Source: Vitreimonas sp. | GTDB lineage: Bacteria > Patescibacteriota > Microgenomatia > UBA1400 > PJMF01 | NCBI GenBank assembly: GCA_035627515.1 | Contig: DASPLQ010000012.1 | Span: 970,331-1,034,330 of the forward strand | Reading direction: 5' to 3' | Length of the DNA stretch: 64,000 bases | Part shown: in pieces, positions 27,747 to 37,933 of the stretch | Layout of the letters: every line of letters starts with the position of its first letter | How positions within the stretch are numbered: position 1 is the first letter of the stretch | Program-made: the position numbers and the translations under genes | The notes under the pieces: model-generated | What the model was told of the DNA's origin: nothing | Database searches by the model: none | What the model saw: the letters and a program-made list of their open reading frames with translations, nothing else

Positions 27747-28829
27747 ATGGCACAAACCACTCAAGCTGGCCTGACATTAACTGATTTAACGTATTTTGGA
27801 CGACAATTTGTCAAATATGGCATTATTACGGTTGTAGTACTGATTGTGGGCAGAACTTTATTAACTGCTTTCATTGCTTTTTGGAAAGCGACTCACCCTG
27901 CGCCACCGCCACCGCCTACGGTAGGTTTTGGCATTTTGCCAGCCATTAAGTTTCCTGCTCAAACTTCTGATGATAAGCCCGGGGCCTATGTGTTAGAAAC
28001 CGCCACTGGTACCACTCCAGATTTTGGTGACAGAGCACCTGTTTTATTTATGCCCAAATCGGCCGCCAGCTTATTAGCTGACCAACGTGCTCGCTCGATT
28101 GCAACAGCTTTTGAGTTTGGGAGTGAGCCAGAGGTTTTGGATTCTCGGACCTATCGATGGACTAAGTCCCAGCCGCTAGAATATGTTCTCGAAATGGATA
28201 TCCAAAATTACCATTTTGAGTTGACATCTGATTACTTGACTCGGCCTGAATTAATTACTGATTTAAACTTACCTGACAACTTCGAAGCCGTAGAAATGGT
28301 GAAGGGTTATTTGACGAATGTGGACTTGTTGCCGGAAGATATGGCCACAGCTGCGGGTGAAGTGACATATCTTAAGTCGATTGGTGGTCAGTTGCAGCAG
28401 GCTGTCTCGTTCTCCGATGCTGATTTCATTCAAGTTGATTTAAATCGCACACCTGTAGAGGATGCCTATCGAATGTACAGTCCTGAAGGGTACAAAGGGA
28501 CCGCGCATGCAGTGTTAGCGGGCACGAGTAATGGTCAGGGAGCGATCGTTCATTTTGAGTACCACTATAATCCTGCTGATAATTCTGAAGTTCATACCTA
28601 TCCAATCCGGACGTCACAATCAGCCTGGAAATTACTCCAAAGCGGAGAGGGTTTCATTGTTAATAAAGGTGCCGGCACGCGGGCAGTAATTCGCGATGTC
28701 GCCCTAGGCTACTTTGATAGCTTTGAAGAACAAGATTACTTACAACCTGTCTATGTGTTTAGTGGGGATGATGGCTTCTTGGCTTACGTCCCAGCGATTG
28801 ATCCTGAATTTATTCAGACTGGGCAGTAA
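27747..28829 (+). CDS. Membrane-anchored hypothetical protein
   Basis: N-terminal TM helix, poly-Pro stretch, C-terminal YLQPVYVF. Confidence 0.75.
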   Translation: MAQTTQAGLTLTDLTYFGRQFVKYGIITVVVLIVGRTLLTAFIAFWKATHPAPPPPPTVGFGILPAIKFPAQTSDDKPGAYVLETATGTTPDFGDRAPVLFMPKSAASLLADQRARSIATAFEFGSEPEVLDSRTYRWTKSQPLEYVLEMDIQNYHFELTSDYLTRPELITDLNLPDNFEAVEMVKGYLTNVDLLPEDMATAAGEVTYLKSIGGQLQQAVSFSDADFIQVDLNRTPVEDAYRMYSPEGYKGTAHAVLAGTSNGQGAIVHFEYHYNPADNSEVHTYPIRTSQSAWKLLQSGEGFIVNKGAGTRAVIRDVALGYFDSFEEQDYLQPVYVFSGDDGFLAYVPAIDPEFIQTGQ

Positions 28830-28886
28830 TTTGACAGTGCTGAACCTGCGGTTTTGTCTCTGAAAAGGCTGGTATAATTACTCGAT

Positions 28887-30332
28887 ATGTCAACCTCTAC
28901 TCCCATTCGGACGCGGATTGCGCCCAGCCCTACTGGCATTGCTCACGTAGGCACAGCCTGGATGTCTATTTTTGATTTAGCGTTAGCTCAGCAGAGTGGC
29001 GGTCAGTTTTTGGTGCGAATTGAAGATACTGATCGTAGCCGGTTTGTAGAGGGAGCAGAAGAAAAAATTTATGAGGCGTTTAAGTGGTTAGGAATTACGT
29101 ACGATGAGGGTGGGGAAGTTGGGGGGCAGTATGGTCCCTATAAGCAGTCTCAGCGCTTAGATATTTATCAAGAGTATATCAACATATTGTTGTCTAAGGA
29201 TTTGGCTTACCACTGTTTTTGTACGCCACAGCGGTTGGAAGAGATGCGCAATGCGCAGCGCCAAGCTGGCCAGCTACCCAAGTATGATGGTCATTGTCGT
29301 CAATTGTCTCGTCAAGAGATTGAGAACAAAACTGACGCCGGTGAGCCGTATGTGATCCGCTTGAAGGTGCCTACTGAAGGCAAAATTTCTTGGAACGATG
29401 CCATTCGTGGTGAGATTGAGTTTGATCTCACTCAAGTCGATGACCAAGTTTTGATTAAATCTGATCGTTTTCCTACGTATCACTTTGCGGTGGTCATAGA
29501 TGATCACTTGATGAATATTACACACGTACTACGCGGTGAAGAGTGGATTAGCAGTACCCCCAAACATTTGCTTTTGTATCAAGCTTTTGAGTGGCAGCCA
29601 CCAGTGTTTGCTCATATGCCGTTGATTAGAAATGCTGACAAAAGTAAGTTATCAAAGCGCAAAAATGACGTTTCAATTCTTAGTTATCGAGACAAAGGCT
29701 ATTTGCCTGAAGCATTATTAAATTTTATTGCTTTGTTAGGCTGGTCGCATCCTGAAGGGAAAGAAATTTTTTCGTTCCAAGAATTCTTACAAGTCATGTC
29801 ACTTGATCGGATTCAGAAAACTGGTCCCATTTTTGATACTCAAAAATTGGACTGGATGAATGGTCAATATATTCGCAGTCTGAGCCCGGAAGAACTCAAA
29901 GTCCGGCTCGAGCCCTATTTACCAGCTGACTTCCCTCAGGAAAAATTTGACGTTATTTTACCGTTAGTGTTTGATCGCCTGGTGACACTCCGAGATATTG
30001 AAGAGTTCACCACCTTTTTTTACCGAGACATCGAGATTGATCAAACCTTGTTACTCAAGAAATCTATAGCCGAGGAAGTTAGTTCTCAGCTGAGTGCTAC
30101 CCTCGAGAAGATGCAAACCGTTTCTGAATGGACACATGAGGCACTGGAGGCCGCCATCCGTGAGCTGCAAGCCGCCCATGATTGGAAGAAAAGCCAATAC
30201 TTTATGATGGTGCGTATTGCTGTCACCGGTCGCCAAGCCACCCCACCCCTGTTTGAAACTATGGCAGTGTTGGGTAAAGAAGTGGTTTTAGCTCGTTTGC
30301 AACAAGCCCACGCTGTAGCCAGTAGTACTTAA
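28887..30332 (+). CDS. gltX: Glutamyl-tRNA synthetase
   Basis: RTRIAPSPTG, HVGT (HIGH), RIEDTD, RGEEW, KLSKR. Confidence 0.96.
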   Translation: MSTSTPIRTRIAPSPTGIAHVGTAWMSIFDLALAQQSGGQFLVRIEDTDRSRFVEGAEEKIYEAFKWLGITYDEGGEVGGQYGPYKQSQRLDIYQEYINILLSKDLAYHCFCTPQRLEEMRNAQRQAGQLPKYDGHCRQLSRQEIENKTDAGEPYVIRLKVPTEGKISWNDAIRGEIEFDLTQVDDQVLIKSDRFPTYHFAVVIDDHLMNITHVLRGEEWISSTPKHLLLYQAFEWQPPVFAHMPLIRNADKSKLSKRKNDVSILSYRDKGYLPEALLNFIALLGWSHPEGKEIFSFQEFLQVMSLDRIQKTGPIFDTQKLDWMNGQYIRSLSPEELKVRLEPYLPADFPQEKFDVILPLVFDRLVTLRDIEEFTTFFYRDIEIDQTLLLKKSIAEEVSSQLSATLEKMQTVSEWTHEALEAAIRELQAAHDWKKSQYFMMVRIAVTGRQATPPLFETMAVLGKEVVLARLQQAHAVASST

Positions 30333-30364
30333 ACGCTAGTCGACCTGATACACTTATTCTGCCC

Positions 30365-31315
30365 ATGTCAAAGTCGCTTACTCCTCCCCAATTGCTGGCC
30401 TTACAGCGACTATATCAACAGGCTAAGACCCGTTACGAGACCAAGGTCGATGTCTTCAAAGAGTGGGTAAAAGACCACCAGCCGGCAGACTTCGATCTCA
30501 AAACTGCTTCCCAACAAACCCTGGCTGTGTTGTCATTTGCTGGACAGGTGGCGATGAACCAGCCCGTCAATGCTCACGTCATGGAGCAAGTCCAAGCCGC
30601 TGAAGCGACGTCTTTAACGCCGTTAATTAGCTCGATTACTCAGGAAGAGCACCAAGCCATCATCGATAAAATGGTCAGCTTTGTCCAATTGCCAGCGGGG
30701 CATTTAAATACCCAAGATGAGTTGTACCTAGAGCAACAGCTGAGCGATATATTGGGATTTGAGGTCATGGCTGAGTTAGAGGGGAATCGTCTCAATCACT
30801 CAATTGGCATTATGGGGGGTGAACAACATCTGAAACGTTTTCCCACTGATACCTTGGATCAGCATGATGCGTATCGCGAAGCTGGAATTGCACCTAACCG
30901 AGGAGCTTTTGGTTGGTTTACGGAGCAAGCCCAACTGACTGATAAAGCTATTCAGCGTGAGAAATACTACTTTGCTGTTCAAACGTTATATTTACCTAAT
31001 TGGAATACTGACCACCCTCGTCTCAAAGAGTGGTACAAATTCCGCAAGATGATCGTCATTAACCCTGCAGAACAAGTAGCGGTAGTCGGAGTGGTGGGTG
31101 ATGCGGGTCCCGCCAAATGGGTTCAAAAACAGTATGGCGGTTCACCCGAAATTATTCGCGAAGGTAAAATTTGGAGTCGGGAGAGTCGTGGCCGCGTCAT
31201 CTTATTGTTTGTCAATGATCCTGAGGATAAAATCCCCTTAGGTCCCATTAGTCTTGATTTTGCTAAGGTGATTGAGAAACAAATGGCTGACCAGGGAGAG
31301 GAGGCGCATGAGTAA
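30365..31315 (+). CDS. Hypothetical protein, possible C-terminal double-psi beta-barrel-like domain
   Basis: 316-aa ORF; IVINP..VVGVVGDAGP. Confidence 0.7.
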   Translation: MSKSLTPPQLLALQRLYQQAKTRYETKVDVFKEWVKDHQPADFDLKTASQQTLAVLSFAGQVAMNQPVNAHVMEQVQAAEATSLTPLISSITQEEHQAIIDKMVSFVQLPAGHLNTQDELYLEQQLSDILGFEVMAELEGNRLNHSIGIMGGEQHLKRFPTDTLDQHDAYREAGIAPNRGAFGWFTEQAQLTDKAIQREKYYFAVQTLYLPNWNTDHPRLKEWYKFRKMIVINPAEQVAVVGVVGDAGPAKWVQKQYGGSPEIIREGKIWSRESRGRVILLFVNDPEDKIPLGPISLDFAKVIEKQMADQGEEAHE

Positions 31316-31787
31316 GGTTAGAGAAATGTTTGGTACGTTTGGTCAGCACGAAGTTTCTGCCTTGGAGTCGCCGGTGGTGGTTGAGTACATGAGTAAACTG
31401 GATGTTCCAGAAGCAGCTAAAAGTCAGATCAAAAATTTGTTCAACATTTGGATTAAGGATGCGTTGCAAACAGCTTTTAATGCTAGCCTTCCTCGAGATA
31501 TAAAGCTTGATCAAGCTATGACTAATAATTACAAAGTGCGGGGGGAAACATTCCAACAAATGCTAGAAACAGAGCCAATGGTATCGCTCGAAAAGCTGGC
31601 TGAATATTTGCCAGATCAAGATATTAACACTTTAATTAAAACCTATTTTGATGACCATTGGTCAGAGCTGACTCAAGCTTTGGAGGTGAGCGAGACCACG
31701 ACCACGCCCATAGCAGCTGATATTTCAGAGCATACAGTTATCACTGGCCAGTTCGATTCTCAATCAAATACAGATAAAGCAGCATGA
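31308..31787 (+). CDS. Hypothetical protein
   Basis: AGGAGG SD before ATG 31308; overlaps both neighbours. Confidence 0.7.
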   Translation: MSKVREMFGTFGQHEVSALESPVVVEYMSKLDVPEAAKSQIKNLFNIWIKDALQTAFNASLPRDIKLDQAMTNNYKVRGETFQQMLETEPMVSLEKLAEYLPDQDINTLIKTYFDDHWSELTQALEVSETTTTPIAADISEHTVITGQFDSQSNTDKAA

Positions 31788-32173
31788 TAGTCACTAATTT
31801 ATTTATTGGTTCACGATTTCCTGTTGATCGAAAGTTATTACGAGCGACTGTGGAGCGTGTGCTCAAGTCACACAAAGTTCAACACGCTCAGGTGGACGTT
31901 TCCGTTGTGGGAGCCCGCAAGATTAAACAACTTAACGAATCTGAACTCAAACATGAAGGCGAGACAGATGTGTTGTCTTTTCCTCAACATGAGCGCCATA
32001 AATTGGGAGATTTTCCTTTGCCAGAAGGCATGCCACCACACCTGGGAGATATAGTAATTAGTTTTCCCGAAGCGGTCCAATCTGCTAAACGGTTTGGGAA
32101 GCGTGTGGATGAACAAATTGCCTTTTATCTCGAACATGGCTTGATGCATCTGCTTGGTTACCATCACGACTAA
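31784..32173 (+). CDS. ybeY: rRNA maturation endoribonuclease YbeY
   Basis: TDVLSFP, LGDIVIS, HGLMHLLGYHH. Confidence 0.93.
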   Translation: MIVTNLFIGSRFPVDRKLLRATVERVLKSHKVQHAQVDVSVVGARKIKQLNESELKHEGETDVLSFPQHERHKLGDFPLPEGMPPHLGDIVISFPEAVQSAKRFGKRVDEQIAFYLEHGLMHLLGYHHD

Positions 32174-32225
32174 TTTTTCAAGTCTTGACGCAGACTAGGT
32201 TTCCAGCGGCATAATGAGGGAGAGA

Positions 32226-32283
32226 AAAATCCAAAATCCAAAATCCAAAATCCAAAATCAAAAATCAAAAAAAATAAAAATCC
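32226..32283 (+). repeat. Heptamer tandem repeat (AAAATCC)4 plus degenerate copies
   Basis: AAAATCC x4, AAAATCA x2, then an A-rich degenerate stretch and AAAATCC. Confidence 0.85.
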
Positions 32284-32341
32284 AGGAATCCTCAGTCAAT
32301 AAGTTAGTATCTACTTTTTGGAATTTGTAATTTGTAATACT

Positions 32342-34033
32342 ATGTCTTGGTATCGTAAATATCGCCCCACTACTATTGCAGGTTTGCACTTAACCACAGT
32401 GCGTGAGACCTTCAAAAAATTAATGTCCCAAGGGCAATTGCCACAGGTGTTATTATTTGCCGGTTCCAAGGGTACCGGAAAAACTTCTACCTCACGGATT
32501 TTAGCGGCCATGCTTAATGATCCTGCTAATGAAGCAGCCGTGATGCATAATTTTTTGCTCCCACAGGCTGGTAAGGCTGCTCCTTATCAGGAGCCTGATG
32601 CCGATAATGAATTAGTTAAGCGAATTCAGACTGGGAATTCATTAGTAGTGAGAGAGATGGATGCGGCCAGCAATCGAGGTATTGATGACGTCCGGCAACT
32701 CAAAGAACAGTTAGTGTTACCACCGGCTGAAGGCAAGATGGTGGTGTATATCCTCGATGAAGTGCATATGTTGACCACCGAGGCTTTTAACGCACTGTTA
32801 AAAGTTTTGGAAGAACCTCCCCGACACGTGGTCTTTATTTTAGCGACCACAGAACAGCACAAAATTCCTGCCACCATTTTATCCCGGTGTACGATTATTA
32901 CGTTTGCTAAAGCCAGCACCGAGGAAATTAGTACGGCTTTAAAATACGTGCTCACGCAAGAAAAGATTACTTTTGATGAAGCTGGGGTGATGCGCTTGGC
33001 AGAGTTTGCGGAAGGTAGTTTTCGAGATGCCATTAAATGGCTGGAGCTGGTGGCTACTAAGCAAGGTGAAGTCACGCTGAGCAGTGTGGAAAAAGAAATT
33101 GGTGGCACTTTGGCTGGTTATCTGGAAGAATTGATTGCCGCCATCTTAGATAAAGATGAGCACCGGGTAGTGAAGCTGTTTGGGAGCTTACGACAAGATA
33201 ATATCGAAGTCACGTTTTTTTACAAACAACTATGTGGCTTACTCCATCGCACGTTATTGCAAGCTTTGGGCATTGAAGCTGGTAAACCTGTAGTGAGTGA
33301 ACGAGTCGCGCACTTTCTATTACAAGAGTTTTTAACTGTCTCAGCATCATTAGTGACAGCTCTGCCTTTTTTAGCTCTGGAAGTAAAAGCGCTTGAGTTA
33401 GTTTGGAGAGCTAAAGATAAACAAGCTGCCCCGAAATCTTCTCCGCCGAGTGTTAAACCCAGCCCTGCTCCTTACAAAACTGAGCCGCAGCCAACGGGCA
33501 GATTCATTGCTAGTCCAGCAGAGGAAAAATTAAGCCCCAGTCCTATCCCTGTTAAAAATGACACCACCACGGAAATGCCAGCAGACTTTATCACCGAACC
33601 AGTACACCCGATCAGTCCTGATTCTTCTATCATGAGTGACAACATCATAGTGCCATCAGCTGGTGATGCAGCGGTTCTTCTCAGCAAATGGCAAGATTTC
33701 TTGGAGGGCGTCAAACAACGCAACTCGTCTTTGGCAGCCATTTTAGGTTCTTCCAGACCAACTTTAGGAGAAAACGGCTCAGCAGTGATTCAGGTTTTTT
33801 ATAAATTTCATAAAGATCAACTCCAGCAACCTAAGTTCATGAAGATGGTGCAGGATGCGATTGTCGGCTTGGTGGGGGAGCCAGTGAATCTGGAATTTGT
33901 CTTAGCCACTTTACCGGCACCTGAGACCATTCCCAGTGCTTCGGCACCAGTTGCCACAGGCGTGATGACAGGCGCCGCTCAACTCCCTCCAGCACAAGAT
34001 TTATCCGCTCTAGCCGCTGAAGTCTTAGTGTAG
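32342..34033 (+). CDS. dnaX: DNA polymerase III subunit gamma/tau
   Basis: YRKYRP, GSKGTGKTS (Walker A), DAASNRGIDD, LDEVHML, TILSRC; ATG at 32342. Confidence 0.95.
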   Translation: MSWYRKYRPTTIAGLHLTTVRETFKKLMSQGQLPQVLLFAGSKGTGKTSTSRILAAMLNDPANEAAVMHNFLLPQAGKAAPYQEPDADNELVKRIQTGNSLVVREMDAASNRGIDDVRQLKEQLVLPPAEGKMVVYILDEVHMLTTEAFNALLKVLEEPPRHVVFILATTEQHKIPATILSRCTIITFAKASTEEISTALKYVLTQEKITFDEAGVMRLAEFAEGSFRDAIKWLELVATKQGEVTLSSVEKEIGGTLAGYLEELIAAILDKDEHRVVKLFGSLRQDNIEVTFFYKQLCGLLHRTLLQALGIEAGKPVVSERVAHFLLQEFLTVSASLVTALPFLALEVKALELVWRAKDKQAAPKSSPPSVKPSPAPYKTEPQPTGRFIASPAEEKLSPSPIPVKNDTTTEMPADFITEPVHPISPDSSIMSDNIIVPSAGDAAVLLSKWQDFLEGVKQRNSSLAAILGSSRPTLGENGSAVIQVFYKFHKDQLQQPKFMKMVQDAIVGLVGEPVNLEFVLATLPAPETIPSASAPVATGVMTGAAQLPPAQDLSALAAEVLV

Positions 34034-34068
34034 TAGAATGTGGCGCATACGCATACATAAGGAGAGAT

Positions 34069-34359
34069 ATGAATAACCCTTTTAAAGCTTTAGGTGACTT
34101 AAATCAACTTCGTCAGCAAGCTAAAAAAATGCAACAAGACTTAGCAGCTGAAGAAATTGTGATTGAAGAAGGCGATATTCGCGTTGTTATTTCTGGTGAT
34201 CAAAAAATCAAGCAATTTTCAGTTCAAGGCATAACTAGCCAAGAAGCCATTGATGTTCTCAATCAAGCTATTAAAAAATCTCAAGAATTAGCTGCTCGCA
34301 AATTACAAGAGATGACGGGTGGTTTAGGTGGTTTATTAGGTGGTAATAAAGCCGCTTAA
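34069..34359 (+). CDS. ybaB: YbaB/EbfC nucleoid-associated protein
   Basis: QAKKMQQDL..VVISGDQKI; conserved position after dnaX. Confidence 0.85.
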   Translation: MNNPFKALGDLNQLRQQAKKMQQDLAAEEIVIEEGDIRVVISGDQKIKQFSVQGITSQEAIDVLNQAIKKSQELAARKLQEMTGGLGGLLGGNKAA

Positions 34360-34365
34360 CGATCC

Positions 34366-34962
34366 ATGCAGCTCGTTTTGGCCACTCAAAACGCTCATAA
34401 ATTGGCTGAAGTTCAAGCCATTCTCAACTTGCCTGATGTGACTCTGCTGAGTGCGGCTGAAGTGCCGGGATTAGCTGAGTTTGACGTAGAAGAAACTGGT
34501 CAAACCTTTCATGCCAATGCCCTCCTTAAAGCTCAAGCTTTTGCCGAAAAATCCGGTTTGGTAGCTTTAGCAGATGACTCTGGATTAGCGGTGACCGCTT
34601 TGAATGGACAACCCGGTGTCTGGTCCAAACGTTTCGTTCCTGGTAGTGATCATGACCGTAATCAAGAAATTTTACGATTGCTAGGTAATAAAACTGATCG
34701 TTCAGCTAAATTTGTATCTGTGTTATGTTTATATGATCCTGTCCAAACTCATGCTGAGTATTTTGTGGGTGAAGTAAATGGCCATATCGGTAACTCTGAA
34801 AAGGGAACTCAAGGTTTTGGTTACGATCCGCTCTTTATTCCGGAAGGTTACGAACAAAGCTTTGGTGAACTCGGAGCAGAAACCAAAAACAAATTGAGCC
34901 ACCGGGCTCGAGCTATCGAAAAACTCAAAGTGTGGTTAAAAGCCCACCTGTCAGCTCGGTAG
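34366..34962 (+). CDS. rdgB: Non-canonical purine NTP pyrophosphatase (RdgB/HAM1)
   Basis: ATQNAHKLAE, ADDSGL, PGVWS, GFGYDPLF, SHRARA. Confidence 0.95.
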   Translation: MQLVLATQNAHKLAEVQAILNLPDVTLLSAAEVPGLAEFDVEETGQTFHANALLKAQAFAEKSGLVALADDSGLAVTALNGQPGVWSKRFVPGSDHDRNQEILRLLGNKTDRSAKFVSVLCLYDPVQTHAEYFVGEVNGHIGNSEKGTQGFGYDPLFIPEGYEQSFGELGAETKNKLSHRARAIEKLKVWLKAHLSAR

Positions 34963-35044
34963 GTACTCGCCCAGTGGTTGAAACAATTACTCATACGTCC
35001 GCCAACTGGTCGGGCGGACTTAATTACTTAATTCAAGGATTTTT

Positions 35045-36256
35045 ATGTCTGATTCGTACGTACCATCAACTGATATTTTACGCAAATATGCTGAAGTGAT
35101 GATTAAGTATGCCCTCAATGGTGGCAAAGGTGTCAAAAAGGGCGAAGTAGTCCAGTTGGTGGTGCCGGATGTAGCCAAGGCCCTCGCCCGCGAACTCCAC
35201 AATGCCACGCTCCGCGCTGGAGCTCACCCCATGTTGCGCATTTTACCTACTGGCTTTGATAAAGACTTTTACGACCTGGCAAGTGACGATCAATTGACCT
35301 TTTTCCCTCAGAAATACATGAAAGCCCGAGTAGATGTTTTGGATCACCAAGTAGTGGTAATTGCCGATGTCGATCCCGAAGAACTGAAAGACGTCCCATC
35401 CAGTAAAATTATCAAAGGCCGAGATTCTAAACGTAAGTATCGAGAGTGGCTAGTTGAAAAAGAGACCAACGGCAAGTTTACCTGGACGATTGCATTATGG
35501 GGAGTGGAAGCTAAAGCAAAAGAAGTTGGGTTGTCTCTAGAAGAATATTGGCAACAAATTATTAACGCGTGTTTCTTAGATAAAGAAGATCCAGTAGCAG
35601 AGTGGAAAAAAGTGCAAAGCTTCCAAGAAACCATTCTTAAAAAGCTTAATGATATGGAAATTGAGTGGGTTCACGCTGTAGGTCCTGACATGGATATTAA
35701 GTTTAAATTGGGGAGCGATCGGATTTGGCAAGGTGGGAGTGGCCGTAACATTCCTAGCTTCGAGTTTTTTACCTCACCAGATTGGAGAGGAACTGAAGGC
35801 TGGATTGAGTTCAATCAACCTGTTTATCGTTACGGCAAAATCTTACGTGATGTACGCCTTGAATTTAAAGATGGTTTAGTGAGTTATGCTAAAGCCAAAG
35901 TCGGTGATGACCTGCTACAAGAAATGCTGAAAAGTCCCAATGCCAATAAAGTGGGAGAGTATTCATTAACTGACAAACGTATTTCTCGCATTACTCACGT
36001 TATGGCTGAGACACTATTTGATGAAAATATTAGTGGCCCATATGGCAATACTCACCTGGCTATCGGTATGGCATATAAGGATTGTTATCGAGGTGATGCC
36101 TCCACGCTGAGCAAGCAAGACTGGGAAGAACGAGGGTTCAATGATTCGGCTGAACATACCGACATTGTGTCCACCACGGATCGCACAGTCACTGCTACGC
36201 TCAAAGATGGTTCTCAAGCAGTCATTTATAAAGATGGCATGTTTACGCTATACTAA
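35045..36256 (+). CDS. Aminopeptidase, M29 (AmpS/AmpT) family
   Basis: NIPSFEFFTSP, VGEYSL, LFDEN, HLAIGMAY, NDSAEHTD. Confidence 0.9.
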   Translation: MSDSYVPSTDILRKYAEVMIKYALNGGKGVKKGEVVQLVVPDVAKALARELHNATLRAGAHPMLRILPTGFDKDFYDLASDDQLTFFPQKYMKARVDVLDHQVVVIADVDPEELKDVPSSKIIKGRDSKRKYREWLVEKETNGKFTWTIALWGVEAKAKEVGLSLEEYWQQIINACFLDKEDPVAEWKKVQSFQETILKKLNDMEIEWVHAVGPDMDIKFKLGSDRIWQGGSGRNIPSFEFFTSPDWRGTEGWIEFNQPVYRYGKILRDVRLEFKDGLVSYAKAKVGDDLLQEMLKSPNANKVGEYSLTDKRISRITHVMAETLFDENISGPYGNTHLAIGMAYKDCYRGDASTLSKQDWEERGFNDSAEHTDIVSTTDRTVTATLKDGSQAVIYKDGMFTLY

Positions 36257-36261
36257 ACCCC

Positions 36262-37896
36262 ATGTCTACTGCCCCTATCGCTTATTTTTGCGCCGAGTTT
36301 GGTATTGAATCTAAACTGCCCCTGTATGCCGGTGGCCTGGGGATTCTAGCAGGTGACACCTTAAAGCAAGCTGCTGATCTACAACTGCCCTTGGTGGGAA
36401 TTGGTTTATTATATCGAGGTGAAGGTTTTGTACAGCAGATCTCACCTGAAGGAGTGCAAACCGAGCTTGACGCAGACTTTGACCCCGTTCGTGATGGCTT
36501 AGAGCACGTTTATGTAGATGAGATGCCGCTGTTTATTAAAGTCCACCTCACAGAGCTGGATGTATGGTGCCGATGCTGGAAAAAGACCTTGTCACCGACC
36601 GTCACGCTGTATTTGCTGGATACAGAAACTGACCAAAATGAACTCAATGAACGCAGCATCACCCACCTTCTCTACAGTGGGACTGAAGAGTCAGTGATTA
36701 AACAACACTTAATTTTAGGAATTGGAGGCGTGAAGTTGCTCCATGCTCTGAATATTCACCCGCGTTTGTATCATGTTCAGGAAGGTCGGCCAGCATTATT
36801 ACATTGGCAACTAGTACGGTCGTATATGGAAGAACATGGCTTAAGCTTTGAAGAAGCTCGTAATCAAGCCAAGACAAAAACTGTTTATACCAACCATACT
36901 TTGGTATCGGCAGGTAATCAAAACTATGATGCTAATTTGTTGAAACGTTACGCCCAATACTATGCCGATAAACTGGGCGTGAGCGTGGAAACGCTCCTGC
37001 AACCTGGTTTAGAAAATGAGCCTGATCGGTTTTACGTAACTCGTTTTGCGTTAAATACCTCGCGCAAAGCCTCAGGAGTCAGTCAACTCCACACTAAACT
37101 TTCTCAGTCGAGTTGGCCAGAGTATTCGTGGGTGAATATCACCAATGGTGTACATCTCCCCACCTGGCAAGATACCGAGATGCCATCCTTGGTGGCTCAA
37201 CCTCGCCAACTATGGGAGCGACACTTACACCTAAAGCGCTCGACGATGGAATACATTCAGCGTCGCACTGGTTATGGATACAATCCTGAGGCTTTAGTCA
37301 TTACGTGGTCTCGGCGCTTAGCCGGCTATAAACGTTATGACGCCTTATTTTCTGAAATTGAGCAAGTGGCTGCACTCATGAAAAACTCACAACGTCCGGT
37401 CCAGCTGTTAATGGCTGGTAAGGCTCACCGCTTAGATAGCCAGGGCAAACAGCGGTTACAGGAAATTATTCAACACATGCAGCAAGAACTGGCAGGTTGT
37501 GCCTTATTTATTCCTAATTATGATATAGAGCTGGCGCAACACTTAGTACGAGGGTCAGACGTATGGTTAAACACTCCTGAGCTCGGAAAAGAAGCCTGTG
37601 GGACGTCAGGGATGAAAGCGATTAGTAATGGTGTGCTGCAGTGCTCGGTTTTGGACGGTTGGGCAGCAGAAGTAGATTGGTCAGGCATGGGATGGGCCCT
37701 TGATTCACAGCGAATTTCTGACTCAGTTTATGAAACTCTCAAAAACCAGATTGTGCCCACCTTCTTTGATCACCGCACAGCTGAAGATTTCTCACCACAA
37801 TGGATTGAGATGATGCAAAGGTCAATTGCCCTCAGCTCGCGATTCAGTGCTGGTAGAATGCTGCAAGAATATGAGACTTTGCTTTATAAAACGTAA
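36262..37896 (+). CDS. glgP: Alpha-glucan (glycogen/maltodextrin) phosphorylase, compact form
   Basis: AYFCAEFG..YAGGLGILAGD, TNGVH, RRLAGYKR, AGKAH, EACGTSGMK (PLP Lys). Confidence 0.92.
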   Translation: MSTAPIAYFCAEFGIESKLPLYAGGLGILAGDTLKQAADLQLPLVGIGLLYRGEGFVQQISPEGVQTELDADFDPVRDGLEHVYVDEMPLFIKVHLTELDVWCRCWKKTLSPTVTLYLLDTETDQNELNERSITHLLYSGTEESVIKQHLILGIGGVKLLHALNIHPRLYHVQEGRPALLHWQLVRSYMEEHGLSFEEARNQAKTKTVYTNHTLVSAGNQNYDANLLKRYAQYYADKLGVSVETLLQPGLENEPDRFYVTRFALNTSRKASGVSQLHTKLSQSSWPEYSWVNITNGVHLPTWQDTEMPSLVAQPRQLWERHLHLKRSTMEYIQRRTGYGYNPEALVITWSRRLAGYKRYDALFSEIEQVAALMKNSQRPVQLLMAGKAHRLDSQGKQRLQEIIQHMQQELAGCALFIPNYDIELAQHLVRGSDVWLNTPELGKEACGTSGMKAISNGVLQCSVLDGWAAEVDWSGMGWALDSQRISDSVYETLKNQIVPTFFDHRTAEDFSPQWIEMMQRSIALSSRFSAGRMLQEYETLLYKT

Positions 37897-37933
37897 TGTC
37901 TTTACTGGTTTGGTATAATTTGGTCATCCACTT

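Noticed and set aside
32226-32283. CRISPR array
   Set aside because: Contiguous 7-nt units with no spacers, and no cas genes
32342-34033. Programmed -1 frameshift producing gamma
   Set aside because: No A AAA AAG or long A-run slippery site spotted by eye
34997-35019. GTCCGCC/GGCGGAC hairpin after rdgB as a terminator
   Set aside because: The stem is real but there is no clear U-tract; function cannot be supported
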